Positions 41,000 through 55,545 of a DNA stretch of 64,000 nucleotides are shown here, one piece after another. The stretch's first letter is position 1; every line of letters begins with the position of its first letter. The notes below the pieces were generated by a model. That model saw only the letters and a list, made by a program, of their open reading frames with translations, made no database searches and had not been told where the DNA came from. The position numbers and the translations under genes were made by a program. Source of the DNA: Octopus vulgaris. Taxonomy: Eukaryota. The stretch lies in contig OX597835.1 in NCBI GenBank assembly GCA_951406725.2, forward strand, positions 6,696,001 through 6,760,000. The letters run 5' to 3'.

Positions 41000-41116
41000 C
41001 CCTTTCTTTCCTTCTCTGAGCGTCTTATTTGTACTTTGCGTGTACCACGTCCTTGCGTTGTTGTTTTTTCTTGTCGTCCATTTTTCTTCATTTTTGTTTT
41101 TAATTATATATATATA

Positions 41117-41274
41117 GGCGCAGGAGTGGCTGTTGCTAGCCAACCACATGGTTCCGGGTTCAATCCCACTGAGTGGCATCTTGGCCAAGTGTCTTCTGCT
41201 ATAGCTCTGGGCCGACCAAAGCCTTGTGAGTGGATTTGGTAGACGGAAACTGAAAGAAGCCTGTCGTATATATG

Positions 41275-41305
<31 letters not shown>

Positions 41306-41522
41306 TTGTGTGTCTGTGTTTGTTCCCTAGCATTGCTAGACAACCGATGCTGGTGTGTTTACGTCCCCGTCACTTAGCGGTTCGGCAAAAAGAGACCGAT
41401 AGAATAAGTACTGGGCTTACAAAAAAAAAGAATAAGTCCCGGGGTCGAGTTGCTCGACTAAAGGCGCTGCTCCAGCATGGCCGCAGTCAAATGACTGAAA
41501 CAAGTAAAAGAGAGTAAAGAGT
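41117..41522 (+). mobile_element. SINE family A, full length
   Basis: Sequence match. Confidence 0.9.
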
Positions 41523-42052
41523 ATATATATGAATGTACGTACATGCGCACGTACGCGAATTCTATGTGCTTTTTTACTTTTTTACTTTCTCCCATTCGGG
41601 GTTTTTTTCCCTTCATTTAATGGTCCCCTGTGGGCAATAAAGAAATTGGTATTCCGTCTGTCTTTACGTTCTGAATTCAAATTCTGCCGAGGTCGACTTT
41701 GCCTTTCATCCATCCTTTCGGGTTCAATAAATTATATACCAGTTGCGTACTACTGGATGGAGGGGGGGGGGGGGAATCGATCTAATCGACTGTCCCCCTC
41801 ACCTCCAAAAAAATTTCGGGCCTTCTGCCTAGAGTAGAAAAGAATATTTACGAACGCGTGTATGCTCATCTGGAATACGTCTACATACTTATTGTACGTC
41901 TATTTTATTCGCGCATACATCATTTCAGTTACTGATGTATTCACGTGCGGATGTATATTCATGTATATCGCATCCATTTTAATTCTATTGTCACAGCATT
42001 TTTATACTGGAATATATCCGTGTTGCTTTTGAAAGATTTATTCAGAATTTCC

Positions 42053-42054
<2 letters not shown>

Positions 42055-42107
<53 letters not shown>

Positions 42108-42224
42108 CTTTACCACCACCACCACTACCACCACCACCACCACCACTACCACTAGTACTACTACTACTACTACCACCATCACCACCACCACCACCACTAC
42201 TGCTACTACTACTACTACTACTAT

Positions 42225-42285
<61 letters not shown>

Positions 42286-42345
42286 ACTGCTACTGCTACT
42301 ACTACTACTACTGCTACTACTACTACTACTGCCGTTGTTGCTGCT
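42055..42345. repeat. (CTA)n/(CCA)n/(CTG)n compound array
   Basis: Directly visible. Confidence 0.95.
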
Positions 42346-42545
42346 ATCGTTGTTACACTTTCACATCCACATATGTTTAATTTTATTTTACTTTGTTGAT
42401 ATAAATCGCTTTCCCAGCATGCACCTTTCTCAATCTCTCTCCTCCTTGCTTCTTATCTCTTCTTACTCTTTTCTTTCGACCTTTTCTCCTCAGCTGATAT
42501 ATCCTTGTATATACATACATACATACATACATATATATATATATA

Positions 42546-42965
42546 GGCGCAGGAGTGGCAGTGTGGTAAGTAGCTTGCTAACCAACCACATGGTTCCGGG
42601 TTCAGTCCCACTGCGTGGCATCTTGGGCAAGTGTCTTCTGCTATAGCCCCGGGCCGACCAATGCCTTGTGAGTGAATTTGGTAGACGGAAACTGAAAGAA
42701 GCCTGTCGTATATATGTATATATATTTATATATATATATGTGTGTGTGTATGTGTTTGTGTTTGTTCCCCTAGCATTGCTTGACAACCGACGCTGGTGTG
42801 TTTACGTCCCCGTCACTTAGCGGTTCGGCAAAAGAGATCGATAGAATAAGTACTGGGCTTACAAAGAATAAGTCCCGGGGTCGATTTGCTCGACTAAAGG
42901 TGGTGCTCCAGCATGGCCGCAGTCAAATGACTGAAACAAGTAAAAGAGTAAAAGAGAGTAAAGAG
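42546..42965 (+). mobile_element. SINE family A, full length
   Basis: Sequence match. Confidence 0.9.
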
Positions 42966-42974
42966 TATATATGT

Positions 42975-44072
42975 AAAACAAGATAGAATGAAAAAACTAC
43001 AGAAGATTTGTATTATATGGTTAAAAAATATATTCAAATCGTTATGTTAGGAAAATGTTATAAAATTTTGTGTATAGTGACATTGTTTTTGGAGAAATAA
43101 CCGGTTTCGCATTTTCTTTTCAAATTTCTCAAATTTCTTTAACGATGTTGTGTCCTCGCCATGGTAATCTTCGCTATGGTTATCTTCTCGCAACACGCCT
43201 TCCTCAAAAATATTGCCGTACATAACCACATACAACCCCAGAAACAAGAAAGCCTTCACCATCATCACTCAAAATCTACCAATGTTACATAAGGATCCCC
43301 AAATTAAAGGAAATTTTACACAAACATAAGATCATTAAAAGCCACAAACAACCGAAGTCACTAAAAAAGATCCTCACAAAGGCAAAATTATTTTCTAAAA
43401 TAACGGACACAAAAGCGAAAAAATGTGGTCGACCAAATTGTGCAACATACCCAAAACCTAGCAGGATCAGAATTCCTTTTTAAAGAAGGACACAAATTCA
43501 AAATCAAATCTGATTTTACTTTTGCCTCAGGAAACTGATTTATGTTATAAGGTGCTCGGGCTGCTACCATAACTACATAGGGTCCACGGGGTTATCACTT
43601 AAACGCAGATGCACTCTGCACCGACAGCGGATTGTATTCCTAGAATACAGAATGATACCATTTAGTGGACACATTGAGAGATGCGCAAAACAACTGCTAC
43701 AATATTTGTAAACTTTTCATTTTATCAATGTGCTAGTGGAGCACAATCACAAGTTAGATTAAATAAGGAAACCTACTTCATTGAAAAATATAAGCCAAAA
43801 CTTAACCATTTCTAGCATTTTTAAATAAAGAAACTTACCTCATTGAAAAATATAAAGCAAAATTTAACCATTTCATACATTTTATTCTATCAAAACCAAA
43901 TCATGTTAAATTAACAAAACATAATCATACCCAACATTTTTGATTATCTCCCTTATACCGAAAAAATCATCCCTGATAACCTCCCCGTTTCGAACTCTTC
44001 TACATCACACCATAGTGAATAGATGATACAACACCAGTAAAGAAATTTGAAAAGAAAATACGAAACCGGTTA
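42975..44072 (+). mobile_element. Decayed Penelope-like retroelement: GIY-YIG endonuclease region with an inverted terminal copy
   Basis: Frameshifted translation of 43212-43810 gives LPYITTYNPRN...KQPKSLKKILTKAK...KCGRPNC...LIYVIRCSGCYHNYIGSTGLSLKRRCTLHRQ...RLNKETYFIEKYKPKLN. The 3' end agaaatttgaaaagaaaatacgaaaccggtta (44041-44072) is present inverted at ~43098-43128. Confidence 0.82.
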
Positions 44073-44363
44073 TATATATATATACATATACATATATACG
44101 ACAGGCTTCTTTCAGTTTCCGTCTACCAAATCCATTCATAAGGCTTTGGTCGGACTGAGGCTATAGTAGAGGAACTGAATCCGGAACCAAGTGGTTGGTA
44201 AGCAAGCTACTTACCACACAACCACTCCTACGCCACTCCACAGCCACTCCTATGCATAGTAATCAGAGTAACCTTCATAATTTTATTGAATTAGGTGCAT
44301 GGATTGCTATTTTATTCAGGGTAGGTACTACCTACCTTGCCTACCCAGACAGCAAGTCCCTGA

Positions 44364-44588
44364 TACATACATACATACATACATACATACATACATACAT
44401 ACATACATACATACATACAAACATACATACATACATACATACATACATACATACAAACATACATACATACATACATACATACATACAGACAGCATACATA
44501 CCCTGATACATACATACATACATACATACATACATACATACATACATACATACATACATACATACATACATACAAACATACATACATA
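44364..44588. repeat. (TACA)n array
   Basis: Directly visible. Confidence 0.95.
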
Positions 44589-45261
44589 AACCAACTGACT
44601 CGCACCTTAAAAATACAATCTGTAAGCGGAACGGTAAAGCTATGTAGGACATTTTTCAGGTTGAAAATGTGACACTGTTTTCGTTATCCAACGATAGAGT
44701 TTTGTGTCTGGTAGAAAACAGCTGCTTCTTCAAAGGAACAACTTAGATAATTAAAAATAGAAGAAACACACACACACACACACACACACATATCTGAAAA
44801 TTATTGAATCAAAATTCAAAGAGACCAAAACTCAAAAGAAAACGCTTGTGCATGTTAAATATAACTTTAAAAGCAAATAGTTATATCTTATATATTTGAT
44901 GTTTCAGCAAAGAAACTGTTTTGTTATTTCAAAAGCTTGTCTGAAAGTAGCTATTTTCAATATATAAACGCAGTCGAAGTATTTCAAAATAGTTTTCCTT
45001 AGTTATTCTAAACTTTTGGAATGCATTCGATTTCTAACAGTCAAAAGAATTTCTACACGAAATATAACTCCAAAGAATTCATAATTTAGTTTTATGTATG
45101 TTTATTTTACGTAATGTAAAATGATCTCATTTGATTCGTCTGTTTATTTCTAATTCTCTGACGTCGTGTTTCGGAGGAAAATTATTTCAACTGTTATGAG
45201 TCGACAGGTGAGCTAAATTCCTGAAAGTTCAAATGTCATCTGTGATGTTTTTGTCACCTTA

Positions 45262-45452
45262 TTTATTTCTTTATTGCCTACAGGGGGCTAGAAATAAAGG
45301 AGACAAACAAGGACAGACATAGGTATTAAGTCGATTACATCGACCCCAGTACGTAACTGGTGCTTAATTTATCGATCCCGAAAGGATGAAAGGTAAAGTC
45401 GACCTCGGCGGAATTTGAACTCAGAGCATAACAGCAGACGAAATACCGTTAG
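45262..45452 (-). mobile_element. SINE family C truncated by the adjacent hAT element
   Basis: The family C sequence stops at the hAT TIR. Confidence 0.8.
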
Positions 45453-47517
45453 CAGGGTTGCCAATTTAGCATATTTTATGCTAGATCTAGCATTATTTTC
45501 AGTATTTAGCAGAAAATTTTGGAATCTATCATTTAGCAGGAAAAATAGCAGGTTTAACATTTTATTTAACATTTTTTTTAGCATTTTTATCTGAATCATG
45601 ACATTTCCACAATAGTTACCCTTTTTTTCTTCTTTTTCCTTCTTTTCTACTTTCGTTAATGTTTCTTAGAGCCAAAATTTAGTACTATCGGCTATTGTTG
45701 AATTTTTCTTTCACTTTCTTGAAATTTCAAATGAAAGTTTATCAAAAGTAAGTTTATCAAGTTATGAACTTTTCCAGCCCTTCCGGCTTCGATACAGAGT
45801 GGTGCTGGTGGGAGGAGGGGGAGAAGATAACGCATGTCAGCACCTGAACTCGCTACTAAGTAATGTAAATATATTGCAAAGAATGAATGAATGAAAGCAT
45901 AGAATTTCGTCCTAACAATGCTTTATTCTGTAGTGATGAGTTTTTATCACGACAAGTTGACTGATTTACTTTCACTTTGACTGTTTGAAAATAGGCCTGT
46001 GGTTTTTCATGCTTGTTTTAGATTATATATCTTGTATAAAAGTACGGGGCTGGCGGGTCACCCTTTTATAATTCTACTTCCTTTTTCTCTTCAAGCCTTG
46101 TAGTTATATTTGTGGTTTGAATATGATATTCTCAGGTTTATATCAGAACACTGTTTTAGGATTTCTACAGGTTTTACCTTTCCATTTATAAATTGGCCTC
46201 CCTGCATCTAGAATCAGTATTCTTCACCCCAAGAATTTGTAAGCAGCAAACATAAGAATTGTTAATGAAAGAATTGTTAGCGACAAACTGACAAGTTGTG
46301 TTTTCAATTTTATATTTTTATTAATCCTTCGGTTTATTTTCTTGCTTCCCACTACATTATAATGAGCAAAGAAAAAACAAAGTTGTACCAGCAAAAATTC
46401 CGAAAGAAAAGGCTTAAGATGACAGCGTTTACTAAGTGGTTGTGTGAAGTACCTAGTGACTAATCTAAAGCACATTGCAGATATCTATATATATATAAAA
46501 CTCTAGTTGTGTGAGTGTCTGTCCCCTTCGATTTAGATTCCTAACTCCTCCCACATTTTGCGGTGCAGTTTAACCAAATTCGGGTATCTTATAGTCGTGA
46601 TTAATATCGAGCCCGTCTGGCTATTAGCGCGCGCGTCTACGATGAGTCTACGATTTTAAAAATAATTTAACATAATTTTTTATTCCATTTTAATGCATAA
46701 TTTTTCGTGTGTCGATGACGGCGGAGTTGGCGTCCACGCTCAAACACCTGCACCTGTGTTTGCTTCTCCCCCTTCTTCCCTCCCTCGTGAAGCTGTGGGG
46801 AAGGCAGTGTAAGGAAATCAACGTCGTAAAGCGTTGTCAAGGAGACCAGCGTTCTTTTAGAACAACGACTTCATGGCTTGAAGACACCAAAACAGAAATG
46901 GCTAAGAAAGCCCGAATTGGCATCTATAAGGGAAGTAAGTCTCTAAAAATGCTTATATAGTTATTTCCCTTACAAACCCGAACAACGCCGGACGATACTG
47001 CTAGTTGTAGATATAATATGTAGGCAAAATATTCCCTTTTAGTAAGCCACTGTGAAGCAAAGAAGCATAAGGCATCAACTCCACAGCAAATGATTCCTCT
47101 TATCCATTTATTAAAACCAAAAATGATAAGACATCTATGCTTGAGGCAAATTTAGCAAAGTTTATTTATTGCTACTCATCATTTAATAGCTGTGATCACT
47201 TAATAGAGTTATGTAAGAATTATATGTCTGATAGTGATATTATATCCAAAGTGAAGTTGCATCGTAAAAATGTGCAAATATTGTGAGAGATGTTCTAGCT
47301 CCATATTTTGAAGGAGATTTGATTTCTGATATTGCAGATGGAAAATTTAGCCTGTTATTAGATGAATCCAATGATATGTCGATAAACAAGTTGTTAGGAA
47401 TTGTTATCATATATTATAGCGACACTCACGAAAAAGTGGTACATACGTATTTCAGTATGGTATCTTTAGAAACATGTGATGCAAATGGCATTGTAGATGC
47501 CTTAAAAATTGAATTAG
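45453..47517 (+). mobile_element. 5' part of a hAT DNA transposon with a transposase pseudogene (ATG at 46362)
   Basis: Starts with the TIR-like CAGGGTTGCCA. Translation after removing the Helitron: MSKEKTKLYQQKFR...KWLCEVP...AHCRYC...SHCEAKKH (zinc finger)...CDHLIELCK...VKLHR...FSLLLDESNDMSINKLLGIVIIYYS (first catalytic Asp). Stops and frameshifts present. Confidence 0.82.
46484..47004 (+). mobile_element. Non-autonomous Helitron, copy 4, inserted in the hAT transposase
   Basis: cagatA|TCtatatata...gatactgCTAG|Ttgtag. Excision restores the codons for HCRYCR with no TSD. Confidence 0.9.
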
Positions 47518-47638
47518 CGTGACACCTTGGGCAAGTGTCTTCTACTATAGCCTTGGGCCGACGAAAGCTTTGTGAGTGAATTTGGTAGATGGAAACTAAA
47601 AGAAGCCCGCCGTATATATATATATATGTGTGTGTGTG

Positions 47639-47678
<40 letters not shown>

Positions 47679-47895
47679 ATACGTTTGTGTGTCTGTGTTT
47701 GTCCCCCCAACATTGCTTGACAACCGATGCTGGTGTGTTACGTCCCCGTAACTTAGCGGTTCGGCAAAAGAGACCGATAGAATAAGTACTGGGCTTACAA
47801 AAGAATAAGTCTTGGGGTCGATTTGCTTGACTAAAGGCGGTGCTCCAGCATGGCCGCAGTCAAATGACTGAAACAAGTAAAAGAGTAAAAAAGAG
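47518..47895 (+). mobile_element. SINE family A, 5'-truncated
   Basis: Sequence match. Confidence 0.87.
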
Positions 47896-47969
47896 AATAT
47901 TGGTCTAAACTGTTAAGATATGAATGTTAAAGAGATAGTTGAATAACTGTTATCCTACTTTTGGGCCAC

Positions 47970-48051
<82 letters not shown>

Positions 48052-48074
48052 TTATATATACATACAGGTCCCAA

Positions 48075-48198
<124 letters not shown>

Positions 48199-48280
48199 TA
48201 TATATACATACAGCTTAGGTGGTTTTCAGTTACAACATATTATATATATATAGCCGGATTCTAAAGAGAACTACTGTGAT

Positions 48281-48601
<321 letters not shown>

Positions 48602-49602
48602 TATATAAAAAGTGAATTTTGTGTGTATATTTAGCGCTGAATGGTTGATGTATGCCTGATGTTCCGATGATTTGATGAGCTACCTTTCTTTATTTTCTTT
48701 AATTTGTGAATATACAATTGTATTATATAATGCTGAACACACATATCAACGCAAACACGTATACATAACTTCTTGTACACCGAAATTAATACTATATTAA
48801 GAAGGTTGAGAAACGGCCGTAGTCATACGTGGTTAGATAAATATATATTCACCACACATACCTTTTGACTTCATGGTTTTATATACTGTTCATAGAATAA
48901 TTTCATCGCTTAGACTTTCTGAGTTTTCAGTTACATTGACACTTTACAATTGATTTATAATGTGGACTGATAGCCGGATTCTAAAGAGGAACTTACTGTG
49001 ATAGCCGCACAATTCTCTGAATCCATATTGTATACTACTCAAATATATACATATATATAAAAGAAAAATATACAGGGTAGAAAAATTATGGAAATTTTTC
49101 TACCAGTGTGTCCTAGCATGTATAAAATAGTCAATAAACACGAAAGAGGTGACCTAACAGGACTCCTTACACGCTAGAAGGAATAGTCAAAGTCCAAACC
49201 ACGGTTAAGAACAATTTCGAAAGGAATGAAAAATAAAAAAACATTCTTCCAGTTTCCATCTACCAAATCCTCTCCCAAGGCTTTGGCGGCCCGAGGCTAT
49301 AGTAGAAGACACCTGCCGAAGGTACCACGCTGTGGGACTGAGCTCGGAACCGTGTGGCTGGAGAACAAACTTCTTAGCACATAACGCCTGCGCTTATGGG
49401 TATATGTGTTCTCTCTTTTTGTACTTAGAGACGAGGTAGCTGAAATTTCTTAAGGAGGATTAAATTTTCCTGCCCTGTCTCTGGTGTCATGGACTTTCGG
49501 AAATACAAAAAGCAAGTCTAACTTAGCAGAAACCGAATTCTTACATCGTCAGAAATGCAAAACCGAACCGTCAAAGAGCAAATCGTCATCGTCGTCGTGG
49601 TA

Positions 49603-49962
49603 CTTCGTCGGTTACGACGACGAGGATTCCAGTCGATCCGATCAACGGAACAGCCTGCTCGTGAAATTAACGTGCAAGTGGCTGAGCACTCCACAGACAC
49701 GTGTACCCTTAACGTAGTTCCCGGGGAGATTCAGCGTGACAAGGCTGGCCCTTTGAAACACAGGTACAAGAGAAACAGGAAGAAAGAGTGAAAGAAAGTC
49801 GTGGTGAAAGAGTACAGCAGGGATCGCCACCACCACCACCCTGCCGGAGCCTCGTGGAGCTTTTAGGTGTTTTCGTTCAATAAACACTCACAACACCCGG
49901 TCTGGGAATCGAAACCACGATCCTACGGCAGCGAGTTCGCTGCCCTAACTACTGGGCCTCCA
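49603..49962 (-). mobile_element. SINE family B with tail 1
   Basis: Reverse complement of the family B consensus. Confidence 0.87.
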
Positions 49963-50709
49963 CCCCATAGAGTATTCAGTTAGGTGGTGTATCGCACGAT
50001 CTTTTCTTGATATGCAGTTAGTTAATTTCTGTCTTCCTGTTGAGCGCTAAAAACCATTTCAGATTAATAAGTGTAGTTTACACAACACTCTCTCGTTATA
50101 TTCTTACATCATAGCATGACTTCTCATTAGCTGTTATCTTCAAGTAAAACAAGATGACAAAAATACAAAGCGAAATTTTATTATCAGTATAGCTATTAAT
50201 GCTTTTGTGATTATTGTTGCTGAGTTGTACCCTGGCTGTTTGCTATCGCTATTGCAATCCTTTTCGTTGTTGTTGTTCTTTTAGTTGTTGTTGTTGCCAT
50301 TTCAGCTAATTTTATTTTCCAACTGTTGTTTATATTGACGTTGTCATCGCAGTTTTATTTCAACAACGTACGCATATCATTATTTTTTGCAAATGAGAAA
50401 AAAAGTGGCGACGGGATTTTTTAAGCTCCTGGCGAATATAAACCACCTTTAATTTTATTAATTTTTGTTTGCGGTTGTTTTCTGTTTCTGTTTCTTTTTT
50501 TTATGTATTTTGTTTTGTGAATTGGTTTTCAATTCTCGGTGGAAGCGAGTGTCTTTCTTTTTGACAACAATAAAACTCCATTAACATCAGATACCTTTCT
50601 AGCTGTTCAGATTTTCATTTAAAAAGACATAACCCGAAAGTTTATTAAAAAAGGAAACAGGGATTTGCTGGTTCTGTTTTGAAATATAGTGCATAGCCAC
50701 AAGCTCATA

Positions 50710-50798
<89 letters not shown>

Positions 50799-51045
50799 GC
50801 AAACAAACACACATACGAGGTGGTATCAAAAGGTTCCCAGTCGAGTTATGTTTAATAAAAAATAACTTATTCACGGAATTATTTATCGGGGTCGATAAAT
50901 AAAGTACCAGTTTCGCACTGGGGTCGATGTAATCGACTTAATCCCTTTGTCTGTCCTTGTTTGTCCCCTCTATGTTTAGCCCCTTGTGGGTAGTAAAAAA
51001 AAAATAATACCTTCACAAATAATTTCTCGTGAATTATTTGCTCCA

Positions 51046-51105
<60 letters not shown>

Positions 51106-51118
51106 TATATATAAATAC

Positions 51119-51173
<55 letters not shown>

Positions 51174-51180
<7 letters not shown>

Positions 51181-52467
51181 ATTAGAGATAAAACCACTAT
51201 TAGGCAAATCAAACAATGAAAAACATAAGCCAATACATAAAATTAATATAATTTATATTATTTTAAATATATATCAAAGGTATTAAACGTTTAATAAAAG
51301 ATAAAGAGTAAAACACTACGATCGTTTCATGCCTGTACAATTCGAATAACAATAATTTAAATTCAATTAATAATTCGAGTTATGGTTACAGTCAATCTTC
51401 AGGTTAATTGAAATATCTAAAAAATAATCAGAAATATTTAAACAATATTTTTAAGATATAAATAATATAATAATATTACTTATAATAAACTTTATTATCA
51501 AACTAGAAACATAAAACTTAACAATTATGATTATATCAAAATCGACTATAATGTTAAATATTAATTTTAATTTATAAGGTAGGAAACCCACCAATTAATC
51601 TAATATCGATATTAATCTATATCTAATTACATAAATATTTAAAAATAACTATTATATATAAATTATCAATGAAAATATATAAATGTATATAAATATTATA
51701 ATTAATATCTAAAATAATCCCTATAAATAAATATATATGCACATATAATAAAAACCTAATAAATTAATTTTTCATATTTAAAGATGAAATAGCTAATTTC
51801 AAAATACAAATAAACAAACTTAAACGAACTTTCGGAAATCTTATCTAAAATACTTATAGAAATAATCAATTCGTAGTAATATAGTATCGAATAAATACTA
51901 TAAATACTATAAATGTAATTATCAATGGGAATAACTAGCGAATATCAATTTTAAAAAAACAATAACTAAGTTATGCTATTAAATTAGACATGGCCTGGAC
52001 CAATCTTTAATCGAAACATATCTAATTTATCAAAGTTTATCTAATTTAATTATAAGAAATTTAAAACTACAATTAATACAATTAAAACATGTATATACAA
52101 AAGCCTAACTTTATACACCTCGTATACTTGCTATCAAACAACAAATCTATCGCTAAGTAGTATCTTACGAATAAACTTAAATTTAATATCTAATAATATA
52201 GAAAATGACGATAATTAGATCATTACATAAACAACGATATTTACATAAGGAAAATATTATTACACCAAAGACTTATACAATATTAAAATTTACAATTTGA
52301 AGATCTTAAATATAAATAAATACTTATCTTAGCGAGGTTTAGTAATGAACTTTGATATATATTTTGATATATATTTAAAATAATATAAATTAAATTAATT
52401 TTATGTATTGGCTTATGTTTTTCATTGTTTGATTTGCCTAATAGTGGTTTTATCTCTAATTTAATAT
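51174..52467. mobile_element. ~1.3 kb extremely AT-rich element with ~105 bp terminal inverted repeats, between (TA)n tracts
   Basis: 51174-51278 is almost exactly the reverse complement of 52363-52467. No ORF; contains a hammerhead-like motif. Confidence 0.8.
51312..51407 (-). ncRNA. Type I hammerhead-like motif with extended stem II
   Basis: Minus strand reads aac-CTGAAGA-ttgactgta...tacaggcat-GAAAC-gatc-GTA-gtgttt. Core complete, palindromic ACGATCGT stem III, but stem I pairs poorly. Confidence 0.55.
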
Positions 52468-52553
52468 AATATAATATATTTATACTATAAAATTGGATTT
52501 AATCCAAAATCTGATTTTTCCCTGTAAGTTTGGATTTATTCCTAATATCTTAT

Positions 52554-52705
<152 letters not shown>

Positions 52706-52718
52706 TAATACCGTGTAT

Positions 52719-53100
52719 GTGGAGGTGCAATGGCCCATTGGTTAGGGCAGCGGACTCGCGGTCATAGGATCGCAGTTTCGATTCCCAGACCGGGGTTGTG
52801 AGTGTTTATTGAGCGAAAACACCTAAACCTCCACGAGGCTCCGGCAGGGGATGGTGGTGATCCCTGCTGTACTCTTTCACCACAGCTTTCTCTCACTCTT
52901 ACTTCCTGTTTCTGCTGTACCTGTATTTCAAAGGGCCGGCCTTGTCACTCTCTGTGTCACGCTGAGTATCCCCAAGAACCACGTTAAGGTTACACGTGTC
53001 TGTGGAGTGCTCAGTCGCTTACACGAGCAGGCTGTTCCGTTGATTCGGATCAACCGGAACCCTCATCGTCGTAACCGACGGAGTGCTTCCGAAGCTTCCG
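52719..53100 (+). mobile_element. SINE family B with tail 1
   Basis: TSD aataccgtgta at 52707-52717 and 53101-53111. Confidence 0.9.
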
Positions 53101-53147
53101 AATACCGTGTAATTGTATAATTGTATTTTTTTTTGCATTGTGTGAAA

Positions 53148-53225
53148 ACATCCTGATGAGGGGAGTGTCAGTTTTAAAAATAGGAAATATATCATATTAC
53201 TTGCCACGTCTCTGAAACGGGATGT
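53148..53225 (+). ncRNA. Degenerate hammerhead motif (cleavage triplet lost)
   Basis: acatc-CTGATGA-ggggagtg...cacgtctct-GAAAC-gg-gatgt. Stem I (acatc/gatgt) is perfect and both core boxes are present, but NUH is missing. Confidence 0.45.
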
Positions 53226-53436
53226 AGATAGAATTTTTTTAATTTTTGAATATTTTCGTGGTATTTTAGTACGTCCTTTTAATGTTTTATCATCTCAAAT
53301 TCTCATTACACCAACGTATTGTAACTTTTAAATCTCAAATTCACCGTGTTTTATGTATCTTATCGATATTCATCTATCTATATTTAATTTTTATATTTAT
53401 ATATTTGGAAATTTTATATCAGATTTATTAATATCG

Positions 53437-53878
<442 letters not shown>

Positions 53879-53955
53879 CTGTTTCAACACACATAAAAAA
53901 TCTTGCACAACAAATATTTAAACGTATATATATATATATACACACAAAAAAACAC

Positions 53956-54064
<109 letters not shown>

Positions 54065-54469
54065 ATGAGTATATATATATATGTATGTATATAAGAAGCT
54101 TCTTTCAGTTTCCATCCAAACTTCATACCATACAACCACAAGAATTCTATATTCTATTATTTTGTCTCACTTTCGTTTTCTTTATGTGTCCGTGTGTGTG
54201 TGTTTTGTTTTTATTTTTTTGTATGTAATAAGTAGAGAAATGCCGTAGTTGTTGTTGCTGTTGCTGTTGCTATATTAGCGAATCGTTTTATTTTCTGGTA
54301 AATCTATGTAGAAACGGTTTGCAGAAATCTCTTAAAGTATCAACAATAAACGAACAAACGAACGGAACGGGTCACAGGTGTTTAGCGGGAAAATGAAGAG
54401 GGGCCTAATTAATTTGATTCGGAAAAAAAGAAATGCTGACGACGACCACAGCAACAGCAGCAGCAGCAG

Positions 54470-54750
<281 letters not shown>

Positions 54751-54944
54751 TCATAATTCTCATCTTCCTACATTGATTCCCCCATCCCCCACCCACACAC
54801 TACAGACAGAAGGTCGTTGTCATTTTTCGGCTATCAACACGTATACGAAAAAAAGTTCCACACACTGAACCAATCTCTTACGCAACCACAGCATACACAC
54901 CCGCATACATATAGCGTATGCAAACGCATTAACACACAAACCCG

Positions 54945-54976
<32 letters not shown>

Positions 54977-55142
54977 TCCACGCCATCAATAGATATAAAT
55001 GAATATCTACAGGCTGATGTCTGTCAATTGATTTTCGTCTCCATTTTCTTATATATATATATATGTGTATAAAATTATTTGAGTGAATATTAATCCTAAC
55101 TTGCATGGAAAAAATTCAATTCAGAAATACTAAATCAAATTT

Positions 55143-55203
<61 letters not shown>

Positions 55204-55359
55204 AGAAAAAGAACACATTTTATCAATTCAAAATGAACAATTAAATTACACCATCTAGAAAATTACATATAATAGAAATATTAAAAATAAAATAACAATA
55301 AAATACCAATGATTAAGTAAATTGCAAAAAAAATTATAAAACCGTATATAATTGGTAGA

Positions 55360-55465
55360 TTAACGACACGTGTTTCGTGGCTATATTTAAGAAATGATTA
55401 TAGTAAAAAAATTAATAGCATTAGTAAAATCACTTCGATATAAATATAGCCACTCATCAGGTTAA
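55360..55465 (-). ncRNA. Complete type I hammerhead ribozyme with long stem II
   Basis: Minus strand reads ttaac-CTGATGA-gtggctatattta(51 nt)taaatatagccac-GAAAC-acgt-GTC-gttaa. All core nucleotides present, 5 bp stem I, 13 bp perfect stem II, palindromic ACACGTGT stem III, GUC triplet. Confidence 0.88.
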
Positions 55466-55506
55466 AAATAAACTAGAATAATAAAATAATTAATTAATAA
55501 ATATAC

Positions 55507-55545
<39 letters not shown>

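Noticed and set aside
40098-41242. Long ORFs (238-367 aa) of MYVC/YIHT repeats, and similar ones at 5648-6640, 17403-18233 and 62820-63325
   Set aside because: Translations of (ATGT)n microsatellites that happen to lack stop codons; no splice signals or protein features.
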